This document shows positions 39,992 to 49,872 of a DNA stretch of 64,000 nucleotides, in pieces (positions within the stretch are counted from its first letter, which is position 1; each line of letters opens with the position of its first letter). A program made the position numbers and the translations under genes. The stretch is from Candidatus Bathyarchaeota archaeon (GTDB lineage: Archaea > Thermoproteota > Bathyarchaeia > Bathyarchaeales > Bathycorpusculaceae): contig CAWEPZ010000011.1 of NCBI GenBank assembly GCA_963811105.1, positions 512,001 through 576,000 of the forward strand. Direction: 5' to 3'. The notes below the pieces were generated by a model that worked only from the letters and a program-made list of their open reading frames with translations, was not told where the DNA came from and ran no database searches.

Positions 39992-40486
39992 TTGGAGATG
40001 AATCTTTTGATAAGAGTTTTTGTTATCTATGACACGAAATACGGCAACACAAAACTTGTCGCGGAGACCATTGTCGAGGGAATGAAAGAAATTGAGGACA
40101 TTGAAGCCTCCATTGGCTACATCAAGGAAATTGACATTGGAAAAGTGGCTGATTATGACGCAATAGTGTTAGGCGCGCCAAATCACATGAGTAGACCATC
40201 TCACACTATGAAGAAGTTTGTTAATACGTTGGCTAAGCTTGATCTGAAAGCAAATTTTGCGTCTGTTTTCGGTACTTACTCAGGAAGAATAAGAACTCCA
40301 GACAGAGCGGTGAAAAATCTGGAAAAAACGGTAGAAGAGAAGTTGCCTCACCTAAAACTGATTTCACCAAGTCTATCAATAAGAGTGAATGGAATTCCAG
40401 GTCCTTTGGCAGAAGGAGAACTACCTAAGTGCAAAGACTTCGGCAGAAGAATTGCAAATAACCTGAAGGTTTCTTTGAAAATATAA
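39992..40486 (+). CDS. Flavodoxin-like protein
   Basis: YDTKYGNTK FMN loop, DAIVLGAPNH. Confidence 0.88.
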   Translation: MEMNLLIRVFVIYDTKYGNTKLVAETIVEGMKEIEDIEASIGYIKEIDIGKVADYDAIVLGAPNHMSRPSHTMKKFVNTLAKLDLKANFASVFGTYSGRIRTPDRAVKNLEKTVEEKLPHLKLISPSLSIRVNGIPGPLAEGELPKCKDFGRRIANNLKVSLKI

Positions 40487-40749
40487 AAACTTGTTTTAGG
40501 TCAACTGGCGAATCGGATTACTTAATGATGGTTGCTCCATCTGGAAGCTTTCCTAATATTGCTATGTACCCTTCAGATTCGTTGACCCAGCAAGACTTTG
40601 TCATTCGGTTTGATCAAAAGTTTTTGTGGTATCGTTCTCGTTGACATGAAGATCTCAATTGATATTACTTAACTTGGCGAAGTCATAAATGTTAGGACCA
40701 TGCTATTCCTGTTTTAGGTTGCAATTAAGTCGTGATGGATTCATACACT

Positions 40750-40795
40750 AGACCTTAGCGGCAAACCATTATTTCAGACCATAATTTGGGCATAC
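40750..40795 (+). repeat. Cassette-end sequence A (degenerate copy)
   Basis: CCTTAGCGGCAAACCATTATTTCAGACCATAATTTGGGCATA aligns with ~47357-47398 and ~44426-44466. Confidence 0.6.
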
Positions 40796-40871
40796 GGCAA
40801 ACGGGCTTACAAAAATTAGTCGATGAAAAGTCATTCAGCATGTTAAATATAAGGATAAACTGTATAGCAGT

Positions 40872-43800
40872 GTGATGTCTTTGGCAAACAAAACGAATGT
40901 TAAGAATGATAAGGGTCAGATTGATTTTGCAGTAGTTGGTATCGGTGCTTCAGCCGGTGGGTTAGAAGCCTTTAGGGTTTTGCTCGAAGGTTTGCCAGTG
41001 GATACAGGTTTGTCTTTTGTTGTTATCCAGCATCTGGCAGCTGGTCAGGAAAGCATGCTGACCGATATTCTTTCAAGATTTACCAAAATTCCTGTCCAAT
41101 TAGTCAAAGATGGGCTGCAAGTTGAACCAGATCATGTTTACGTTATTCCGCCAGGAGCAACTATGACCATTGAAAAGAAGGTTCTCAAGCTTACCACGAA
41201 GGGTAAGTCTATGAAACCTATTGACACTTTTTTTGTTTCCTTAGCTGAAGACTTGAAAAGCCAAAGCATAGGAATCGTACTTTCAGGCACAGGCTCTGAC
41301 GGAACTGAAGGCCTAAAAGCAATCAAAGCACATGGAGGAATAACTTTCGCGCAAACTCCGGATTCAGCACAGTATGGTGACATGCCCCAAAATGCAATCT
41401 CAGCAGAAGCCACAGATTTTGTTCTCTCTCCAGACAAGATTGCAATAGAACTACAAAAAATCGCTAAGAACCCTCACCTATCACGAAGTGAAATAGCAGC
41501 AAAAGACGAAACAAGACCAAAGGAAGAAAAATCAAAGAAAGAAACAGGCCTAAACGCAATATTTACCATGCTAAAATCCTACTGCAATGTTGATTTTTCA
41601 CACTACAAAGAAACGGTCGTAAACCGACGTGTCACACGCCGAATGGTAATTAACCACATAGAGAAAATGGACCATTACACAAAGTTCCTGTCGGCGCATC
41701 CCAATGAGTTGGAAGCATTACATGGTGACATGCTAATAGGAGTAACAAGTTTCTTTAGAGAAACTGAAACATTTGTTGCACTCAAAGAAACAGTGTTTCC
41801 CTGTTTAGTGAAAAACCGCCAACAAAAAGAGCCTATCCGAGTTTGGATTCCAGCCTGCTCAACTGGAGAAGAAGCATATTCATTCGCCATTGCAATCCAG
41901 GAATACCTTGAAGAAAACGCCGTGACTGATTTTCAAGTTCAAATTTTCGGCACTGATGTAAACGAAAAAAACATTGAAAAAGCAAGACAAGGAATCTACC
42001 CAACAACAATAGAAACAAACGTCAATGAAAAACGACTAAAACATTTCTTCAAAAGCTCTAACGGCAACTATCAAATCTCCAAAACCATTCGAGATAAGTG
42101 CATATTTGCAAAGCAGGACATAACGGCTGACCCGCCATTTTCAAATATGGATCTTATCATTTGCCGCAACATGCTCATCTACTTTGATGAATACCTCCAA
42201 GAAAAAGTAGTGCCTACGCTACATTATGCCTTAAAAATGGGTGGTTTTCTTGTCATAGGACAATCTGAAAGCATTGGGAAATTCACTCAGTTATTTGAAC
42301 ATGTAAACAAAGGGGGCGCTATCTACATGAAAAAGAGAGCTCAGCCCAGTGCTACTTTTGGTCTGCAAGCATCAACTCCCAATTTGAAGCGCAATGAAGG
42401 CAAAGAAAGCAATAAGAAAGACGCCCTTTCGATTCTGAAAGATGAGGTCGACCGTTTGCTGGTCACTGAGTATGTCCCTGCAGCATTACTGGTTAATTCC
42501 GATTTAGATGTTCTTATTTTTCGAGGAAATATTGCACCATATGTTTTACCTGAATCAGGATTGGCAAGTTTGAATCTGGCAAAGATTATTCGCAAAGAGT
42601 TACGGTCTGAAGTACAAACAATAATCTACAGAGCAAGAAAAGAGGACAAACTTGTCAAAGAAAATGCTGTTCGGTTTGAATATGCTGGAGAAGAGAAAAC
42701 AATCAACGTCCAGGTTCTGCCGATGCATGTTGAACAATATGAGGCGCCATTTTTCCTTCTATTGTTCGAAGATGTCAGCTCAGCCGCAGCGCTCTTGCGC
42801 CAAAGGATGGAGTTAAATATCACTCCTGAAGGTCGGGAAAATCTTAAGGACCGACAAAATAGAGAACTCGGGGAGGAACTTGACTCAACTAAACAAACTT
42901 TGCAGCGAATTATTGAAACTCAAGAGGCAACAAATGAGGAACTGAGAACCACCATGGAGGAAGCGCAATCGAGCAATGAGGAACTGCAAAGCACAAACGA
43001 AGAGTTGGAAACAGCAAAGGAAGAACTTCAGTCGAGCAACGAAGAGTTAAAGACGTTAAATGATGAAGTAAAGAACAGAAATCAAGCACTTGCCCAGTTG
43101 AACGATGACTTAGCCAATTTGAACAGGAACGTAGATACAGCCATCGTTATAATCGATAAGAGTCTAAAAATTAGGCTGTTTTCGCCTTCAGCTCAGAAAA
43201 TCCTGAATCTTTCGCCATCGACAATTGGACTACCAATAACGAGTATCAAATTGAGCGTGGTAGTTGAGGATTTGAGAGAAACAATTTCGGAAGTTATTTC
43301 TAAACTAAGCGGCGTTACGAAAGAAGTGCAGGATACTCAAGGCCATTATTTTGATTTGCTAATTCGGCCTTACATAACGCAAGATGATAGGATAGATGGT
43401 GCGGTCTTAGCCTTTGTCGATATTGATGACAGGAAAAAACTTGAAAAGGCTCTACATCTAGCAGCTATAGGCGAGACTGCTGGCATGGTTGGCCATGATA
43501 TACGTAATCCATTACAGGCCATTACCGGTGACATCTACTTGGCTAAAACTGAGTTGGCTTCAACACCCGAGAGCGATGAAAAAAGGAATGCGCTAGAAAG
43601 TCTGACTGAGATTGAGAAGAACATTGATTACATTAACAAGATTGTGGCTGACCTTCAAGACTACGCGAAGACAATGGATCCTACTGCTCAAGAAACAAAC
43701 TTGGAAAATCTATGCAAGGAGTTATTGTTCGGGAAGAAGATACCTAAGAATATCAAAGTTTCGTGCAACGTCGAGAAGACTGCTAAAACAATCATGGTTG

Positions 43801-44138
43801 ACAATTCTTTATTGAAGCGCATTCTTGGCAATCTGGTTACTAATGCAGTTCAAGCTATGCCTAACGGCGGAGAACTAACCATAAGAGCGCGCCAAGAAGC
43901 AGGCGACAATGTCATTACAGTTCAAGATACGGGCATCGGCATACCTGACAAAGTCAAGCCAAAACTTTTCACTCCATTCTTCACGACTAAGTCGAAAGGT
44001 CAAGGATTAGGATTAGCGGTGGTCAAGCGTATGACTGAAGCGTTAAGCGGAACGGTAACATTTGAAAGCGTAGAAGGGAATGGGACAACTTTTATTGTAC
44101 GTTTTCCACCTCAAAAAGGTAAATGGACATTCAAATAA
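40872..44138 (+). CDS. CheB methylesterase-CheR methyltransferase-coiled coil-PAS-histidine kinase hybrid
   Basis: GASAGG, IQHL, SGTGSDG (CheB); VTSFFRE, CSTGEEAYS, ICRNMLIYF (CheR); EELQSTNEEL repeats; HDIRNPL. Confidence 0.94.
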   Translation: MMSLANKTNVKNDKGQIDFAVVGIGASAGGLEAFRVLLEGLPVDTGLSFVVIQHLAAGQESMLTDILSRFTKIPVQLVKDGLQVEPDHVYVIPPGATMTIEKKVLKLTTKGKSMKPIDTFFVSLAEDLKSQSIGIVLSGTGSDGTEGLKAIKAHGGITFAQTPDSAQYGDMPQNAISAEATDFVLSPDKIAIELQKIAKNPHLSRSEIAAKDETRPKEEKSKKETGLNAIFTMLKSYCNVDFSHYKETVVNRRVTRRMVINHIEKMDHYTKFLSAHPNELEALHGDMLIGVTSFFRETETFVALKETVFPCLVKNRQQKEPIRVWIPACSTGEEAYSFAIAIQEYLEENAVTDFQVQIFGTDVNEKNIEKARQGIYPTTIETNVNEKRLKHFFKSSNGNYQISKTIRDKCIFAKQDITADPPFSNMDLIICRNMLIYFDEYLQEKVVPTLHYALKMGGFLVIGQSESIGKFTQLFEHVNKGGAIYMKKRAQPSATFGLQASTPNLKRNEGKESNKKDALSILKDEVDRLLVTEYVPAALLVNSDLDVLIFRGNIAPYVLPESGLASLNLAKIIRKELRSEVQTIIYRARKEDKLVKENAVRFEYAGEEKTINVQVLPMHVEQYEAPFFLLLFEDVSSAAALLRQRMELNITPEGRENLKDRQNRELGEELDSTKQTLQRIIETQEATNEELRTTMEEAQSSNEELQSTNEELETAKEELQSSNEELKTLNDEVKNRNQALAQLNDDLANLNRNVDTAIVIIDKSLKIRLFSPSAQKILNLSPSTIGLPITSIKLSVVVEDLRETISEVISKLSGVTKEVQDTQGHYFDLLIRPYITQDDRIDGAVLAFVDIDDRKKLEKALHLAAIGETAGMVGHDIRNPLQAITGDIYLAKTELASTPESDEKRNALESLTEIEKNIDYINKIVADLQDYAKTMDPTAQETNLENLCKELLFGKKIPKNIKVSCNVEKTAKTIMVDNSLLKRILGNLVTNAVQAMPNGGELTIRARQEAGDNVITVQDTGIGIPDKVKPKLFTPFFTTKSKGQGLGLAVVKRMTEALSGTVTFESVEGNGTTFIVRFPPQKGKWTFK

Positions 44139-44299
44139 AGACTTTTTTTTCTTTTTGAGCAGAGAATAGAGTTTCAAAATGCAGTTCAACAAATTCGCTT
44201 CTTTACCTTTTCTGTTTTAAGGCTTCTTTGTCGATTTTCTCTAGAACACGATTTGAAAGGGCGATGCATGCTGGGTGTTTGCGTGCCTAAAGCCCGAGC

Positions 44300-44552
44300 C
44301 CCTACCGGACTCAGCCACAAATCGGCACTTGAGACCTTAAGTCCATTTCGTTTAGAACCCTTAAGATGCCGTTTCATCTTAATTTTATTGCTCAACTAGT
44401 TCGCATGTAATTTAAACACAATATATTAGGCGGTAAGCCATAATTTCGGGGAATAATATGGGCATATTTATTAAAATAAGTGCAATAATAGACTGAATTT
44501 GGAAATGGCACGGGATGTCAGATTTAAGTTCACGTTTAAATTTCACCCGAGA
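44300..44552 (-). repeat. Cassette junction: end sequence A plus tRNA-Ser(GCT) 3'-end mimic (44506-44552)
   Basis: About 200 bp homologous to 47244-47439, then TGGCACGGGATGTCAGATTTAAGTTCACGTTTAAATTTCAC. Confidence 0.85.
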
Positions 44553-44673
44553 AAGCCTATGAATAACGGAACAAAACAAGGGAGCTTATTCAATTAGAAG
44601 GGCGTTTGAAAACTCCGCTAAGACGCGTGTCAGATTACTAACTTTGGAGATGTATGTAGCCCGATCTCTGCAA

Positions 44674-45978
44674 TTAGCAATGTGTTTGTTTGGTCTGAAA
44701 TGGTGTAGAGGTAGATGTAAATGTTGAAACAAGCCACGCTGAAACCGCCAAGCAAGACGCGGCTGCTATGAACGTTGTATAGAATCCGAGATAAAACGAG
44801 AAGAATCCCGAAACCAAGGATCCAACCATCGTAGCGACAGCAACCAGGGCACTATAGACTCCCAGAGAAGAACCCTGATTTGTCTGTCCGAGCGCGTTAA
44901 ATACCATGGTGTTCGATGAAGTGAAATATATCGAATAGGCAACTCCGGCGGCAAGAGGATAAAGAATTAGCACAGGAGCGAGGAACCATACTCCGGCTAT
45001 AAGATATACGGAAACACCCAACAGCCCGTAGCAAGTTGATCTTAAGATAAGACTTGTGACGGTTGCCTTAGCAGGCGATTTCTTCTCGGAGTAGGGACCC
45101 GCGTACTTAAACGAAACCATCTGAACTACCATGCCGATTGTCGTGGCTAAAAAAATTAGCAGGTTTGAAGCATGTTTTGCATGCAAAGAGGGAACGATTG
45201 AAGTGTTGAAGATTCCCGAACCCAGATAGAACGCAAAGATGGAGAGATAGAGAAGCGGCACATGTTTGGTAAGTTCACATTTTAAGGATGTGAACACTCT
45301 CCTGAAATCGTTTAGCCTTGGAATCTTTAAGAAGAGATAAGGTATGACTTTAAGTCGATGAAAGAAGCTGGATCTGGTCAAAGTTATCATTTTGCGCTCA
45401 AAAATAACTTTTGGCTCTCTTATCATTAGAACAGAAAGACCAGCAGAAATCAGCGATAGAATTGCTAAAGCCACTACGATGTAGGTTAACGGAAAAAACA
45501 GAGTCCAAACCAAGCAGGTAATCAGCCCAATAGCGTTGCCGATGCTCGAAATCATGGATAGTCTTGCAAAAGCGGTTGCCCACTTTTGTTTACGCTCCGT
45601 CTCCATTATGAGAAGATTCAAAGGCGTTGTAGACGCAGTCGTTGCAAAAGAGAATAAGGCATATAATAAAGAGATAGAGTAAAATGTTCTTGCCACCAAA
45701 AATAATCCGAAAACTCCTGCCGTTGCCAAGTAACTTATAATAATAATCGGTCTTCTTTTGTGTTCTCGATCAACAGCAAAACCCCAAAATATTGCAGCAG
45801 GAATGCTGACCATATTATATAGCGTAATCGCGAGGCCCACTTCAATAACTGTTCCATGCATGTTTAATATAAGAAGCTGAATAATGGTCGGAACAGGTCC
45901 CAAGGCAATGCTGATTGGCAATACCGAATTTATCCAAGCGACACGATTTGTCCTCTTTGCGACAACCAGATTGTTCAT
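44674..45978 (-). CDS. MFS transporter
   Basis: 12 TM; WGFAVDREHKRR loop motif. Confidence 0.88.
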   Translation of the reverse strand: MNNLVVAKRTNRVAWINSVLPISIALGPVPTIIQLLILNMHGTVIEVGLAITLYNMVSIPAAIFWGFAVDREHKRRPIIIISYLATAGVFGLFLVARTFYSISLLYALFSFATTASTTPLNLLIMETERKQKWATAFARLSMISSIGNAIGLITCLVWTLFFPLTYIVVALAILSLISAGLSVLMIREPKVIFERKMITLTRSSFFHRLKVIPYLFLKIPRLNDFRRVFTSLKCELTKHVPLLYLSIFAFYLGSGIFNTSIVPSLHAKHASNLLIFLATTIGMVVQMVSFKYAGPYSEKKSPAKATVTSLILRSTCYGLLGVSVYLIAGVWFLAPVLILYPLAAGVAYSIYFTSSNTMVFNALGQTNQGSSLGVYSALVAVATMVGSLVSGFFSFYLGFYTTFIAAASCLAVSAWLVSTFTSTSTPFQTKQTHC

Positions 45979-46329
45979 GGCACGAGAATCAACCTCAGGG
46001 GTTCCGGTTGGTTCTTGGAAAGTTAAACCTCCTTTTTGAGTTCAAAATGTGTCTCTTCTTTTCCGGCGGCAGTCAATCAGCTCTCCTTTTTAACGACTAT
46101 CGTATGGCATATTTTAAAATTAACTGAACTCCGAATGACGTTTAACATAGAAGATGAGCGCCGCAATCTTTTCAAGACCCAAAGCCCCACAAGTTGAGTT
46201 AAAATCTTACTAAAACTAATTACATTCATGACCTTAATCAATACGAACCTCCACCGACTCCGCTCTCACCGGAATAAATCTTTCACACGCTCACAAGTAG
46301 TTTGAATACTAGACTTTATGTGGAGACCT

Positions 46330-46445
46330 GTAATTTCTGACAGCAATTTGAGCAGAATGTTTTAAAACAGCTTCAATAAAAACTTAAAATGGAAATAATG
46401 GCGCGGGATGTTAGATTTACACCCACGTTTAAATTCCACGCGAGA
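46330..46445 (-). repeat. Cassette junction: end sequence A plus tRNA-Ser(GCT) 3'-end mimic (46399-46441)
   Basis: 46399-46427 matches tRNA 47440-47468 at 25/29 nt; TTAAATTCCACGC is the exact reverse complement of 47336-47348. Confidence 0.88.
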
Positions 46446-46634
46446 AATGTTTGAAATTATGAACAAGTCAATGCTTTTTTCAAGCCCAAAAGAGTGCGAG
46501 TCCCCGAGCTAAAGTTGACTGATTAAGGCGTTTTTTACAAACTCTGACATGGGTTTGAGCTGCCGTCCTAGAAAAACTGATTAACAGTATCTTCAAAAAA
46601 CTCTAAAACACAACGCTTCTTGGAAGGAAAATGT

Positions 46635-47003
46635 TCAAGGTTTTTCGTATTTAGATTCTTCAATTCTCTTCTTTTCCAGTTCTTCGGTTGTTAATTGTTG
46701 TTCTTTTTGCCGTTCTTGTTGTTTCTCTTTTGGCGGCCAAGTGATCGGGTCCTTCACATAAGTTTTCATGAGACTTATTTTGCCGCAGGCCGGACATTTC
46801 AATTGTTTGAGTGGTCCTATATGAAAGCCAGATAAACTATGTGAAGCGTCAAAGACATTGCCGCATTTTGAGCATTTAGCTCGCATGGAGCCGGGAGTTC
46901 TCATCATGTAAAGACGAACAGCCACAGCCACAACAACTACTATTATTACTACAATGATTCCCACGTACGGTCCGCCGATTGATACACCGATTAATTGTCC
47001 CAT
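46635..47003 (-). CDS. Membrane-anchored zinc-ribbon protein
   Basis: TM plus CSKC..HIGP..LKCPAC. Confidence 0.75.
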   Translation of the reverse strand: MGQLIGVSIGGPYVGIIVVIIVVVVAVAVRLYMMRTPGSMRAKCSKCGNVFDASHSLSGFHIGPLKQLKCPACGKISLMKTYVKDPITWPPKEKQQERQKEQQLTTEELEKKRIEESKYEKP

Positions 47004-47439
47004 TCAAATACGCCATTTCTCTATTTTGAGAATTTATGTTTCGATAAATACATTTGCTTCAGAAACAAGTATTTTAGCTTCTCAGATCGGACTATAGGCA
47101 AATTTGGTTTCTCAATTTTGCTGATCAAAAAATAGTGTTTCAAAGATAAGCTCGACCTATTTACCTGATAACTTTTTCTCTTGGAGGCTTCTTTTCCATT
47201 TTGCAGTTTGAAGTGGGCTTAATTCTGAATGAGGTTTGGTCTCTCTACCGGGTTCAGCCCCAAATCGGCTTAAGCCGTAGTACATTTCGCTGAGAACCTA
47301 AACATCATTCCATTCTAATTTGGAAAAACTAATTGGCGTGGAATTTAAGCACTATACCTTGGGCGGTAAGCCATAATTTCAAATAACAATTTGAGCATAA
47401 TTATTGAAAATAGGTTCATAAATAGGCTGAATTTGGAAA

Positions 47440-47526
47440 TGGCGCGGGATGTGGGATTTGAACCCACGCGGCCTTTCGACCACAGACTTAGCAGGCCTGC
47501 CCCCTACCAGGCTAGGGCAATCCCGC
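47440..47526 (-). tRNA. tRNA-Ser(GCT)
   Basis: GCGGGAT/ATCCCGC acceptor stem, CAGGC-CTGCTAA-GTCTG, variable arm GGTC-GAAA-GGCC, encoded CCA. Confidence 0.96.
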
Positions 47527-47913
47527 AATGGTGTCCCTGTCTACTTTATTCCTTTGACAAGCAGCTTTTCTTATTTGCCATGTGGTCAACTTATGCTGCG
47601 TTCAGTAGAAGAGTGATGATTGGCTATTTTTGTCTTTTGTTATGATTTTATCTCTGTGGGAACACTGGGAAATGCTACTCTAATAGAACGAGATATTGTA
47701 AAAAAAAGAGAAACAGCGGTATAAATACGAATTAGCCAGTGGAGGGTCCGCTGGGACTCGCCTAATTATTTAAGCGAATCCTTATTTTCTAAACTACAAG
47801 ACAATGGTGAGTCTATATTTGCCAGGTTGAGGATTTGAACCCTATGGCAAGTGGAGAAATCTCCCGCACATCCTTTTTTCTTTCCTAAAAATGGTTGGTT
47901 AGATTAAACTACG

Positions 47914-48612
47914 CTAACTACTGCCTACTAACTCTAGCTTTTCTAGCCATATCTCAAACCCTACCTCTTCATCGATAATTTTACACCCTTTAAATTTGGA
48001 TTTTTTGATGATGTCTTGGATTTCGGTTCGAGTGTAAGCCGATTTCGCTAACCCTTTGAAAGTTTGCTTGGTAAAGTATGAGTCGAACAAGTTCAATTTC
48101 ATGCGATCAACAAATTCGTTCAGTTTGTCTTCGGGAACATCCTTATTCATATCGATAATCAGCGCCTTACCGCTTGCCTTTAAAACCCTAAATATTTCGT
48201 CTAAGACCTTAATTGGGTCTGGAAAGTTTTTGAAAGCAGAAGTACAGACTGCAAAATTAAATGTTCCATCCAGAAAAGGCATTTCAGCAGCATCACCCTG
48301 ACGGAAATCGACCTTTACTCTTGCTTCCGTAGCTTTGTTTTGCGCGATTTCCACAAAGGTTTTGCTTATGTCTAATCCAGTTATGTTATAGTTACCAAGC
48401 TTTGCAAGTTCAACCGACAAGTATCCTGGACCTGGAGCTACTTCAAGCACATTACTGCTCGGTGAAGTGTTGTCGCTCACAAGTTTAGCCCATGATTTGT
48501 ATTCTCCAATCATGTGCTTTTGAATCCTGTTATACTGTTTGGCTATAACGCCCTCCATTGCTATGCCCTTGTAGGCTTTTCTTTTTTTAGACGAAGGAGA
48601 ATTTGTTTTCAT
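47914..48612 (-). CDS. Class I SAM-dependent methyltransferase
   Basis: VLEVAPGPG, GLDIS, GDAAEMPF, RVLK..G. Confidence 0.9.
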   Translation of the reverse strand: MKTNSPSSKKRKAYKGIAMEGVIAKQYNRIQKHMIGEYKSWAKLVSDNTSPSSNVLEVAPGPGYLSVELAKLGNYNITGLDISKTFVEIAQNKATEARVKVDFRQGDAAEMPFLDGTFNFAVCTSAFKNFPDPIKVLDEIFRVLKASGKALIIDMNKDVPEDKLNEFVDRMKLNLFDSYFTKQTFKGLAKSAYTRTEIQDIIKKSKFKGCKIIDEEVGFEIWLEKLELVGSS

Positions 48613-48613
48613 G

Positions 48614-49015
48614 CTATTTCTCACTCTTTGTCTGCTGTAATTCAAGCGTCGCTTCGTAGTTCTTCAATGAAACAAGAGCACCGAGAACTATGTATAGGGC
48701 AGTGACGCCTACTGGCAGTCCACCACCCACCTCAAGACTCGGTTGAGTGCTCACTGCTACCCGAAGAATGACACCTAATGCTCCCAAAATTGAAGCTCCT
48801 GCGTAACTCCAAACCTTTTTTCTTCGACAATTGTAGATAAAAACTATACTCAGGATAGTAATTGGAGTAATGAAGGCTACTGATAGAAGTCTCATTTCAG
48901 TTGTGCCCGTTGCGAAAGTAGCTAAGAAGGCAAGAATGATTGCTACAAGAAATAACTCTAGTAAACCAACTGCAGTTTTCATGTTGATGCTTAGCGATTC
49001 ATTAACAATCTTCAA
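48614..49015 (-). CDS. Four-TM hypothetical membrane protein
   Basis: Hydrophobic ORF adjacent to the methyltransferase. Confidence 0.7.
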   Translation of the reverse strand: MKIVNESLSINMKTAVGLLELFLVAIILAFLATFATGTTEMRLLSVAFITPITILSIVFIYNCRRKKVWSYAGASILGALGVILRVAVSTQPSLEVGGGLPVGVTALYIVLGALVSLKNYEATLELQQTKSEK

Positions 49016-49217
49016 AGTTATTCACCGCCTGCATCAACTAGTTGTTGAATACATACTCATTAAAGTTCAGTATAACTGATATTCAAAAAAACCTGAAGTG
49101 GAACTTCAACCCCTGATAATTTGGACAGGACATGAGTTTTGAACCCCTTCATTCTGCCTTGAGTCTGAATAGTATGACTATTTGAACCTGCGACAGAGTA
49201 GAGTAAAGCGCCATAGT

Positions 49218-49339
49218 GGGGAACCGAACCCTAAACATCCATATTAGTAATTGTACTGGGGATGGGCTCTTAAGTTGAGGGCCGATTCCATTCCCCGTTT
49301 AGGCTTCAAGGAAGTGGTTTGCATACATATTACCGATCC
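49218..49339. repeat. Dispersed repeat R2 copy
   Basis: Aligns over about 120 bp with 32126-32247. Confidence 0.75.
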
Positions 49340-49389
49340 TCCAGTTGCCAAACGAGCTTATAAAATTGAGGGGCAGCACACACGTTTAA

Positions 49390-49821
49390 TCATTTCATTC
49401 TTTCCCATATCAAGTATCCGCTTTGTTGTTTACCGCCAAGAATCATGGGCGGTGTGCTTAGTACCAGTTTATCTCCTTCAAACTTGAAGAACCGTACCTG
49501 ATCTTTTCCTATCCAATTCGGATAGAAGCTAACCTCTACGTGATGTATGACCCTAACTTCAGCGACCTCGTACTTGCCACAATAAGAGATGTAGGAACCA
49601 TATGCGGCAACTATTTCTTCTGTAGTGCCGCCCATTATATCCATTGACGAAAAACTCCTTCTATTCGAAGCCATTAATGCTACTGCCATGTATCCCCCAT
49701 CGTTATACATGATATAGCCGACGGGATTTTTTCCCAAAGGGTAGGTCACTTGGTCTCCTGACCGATTTTCGTAGGACACGAGCTTCCAAGTTCCTATGAA
49801 TCTTTCAGACATAAATTCCAC
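49390..49821 (-). CDS. Lipocalin-like domain protein
   Basis: GTWKLVS..PLG..P.G.IMY..GYM..Y.G.Y..HHV..S.YPNWIG..Q.R. Confidence 0.88.
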   Translation of the reverse strand: MEFMSERFIGTWKLVSYENRSGDQVTYPLGKNPVGYIMYNDGGYMAVALMASNRRSFSSMDIMGGTTEEIVAAYGSYISYCGKYEVAEVRVIHHVEVSFYPNWIGKDQVRFFKFEGDKLVLSTPPMILGGKQQSGYLIWERMK

Positions 49822-49872
49822 TTTGGCTAGAATAAGCCTTTTCTATGTAAAAATCTTTTGTTGATAGCGCGC

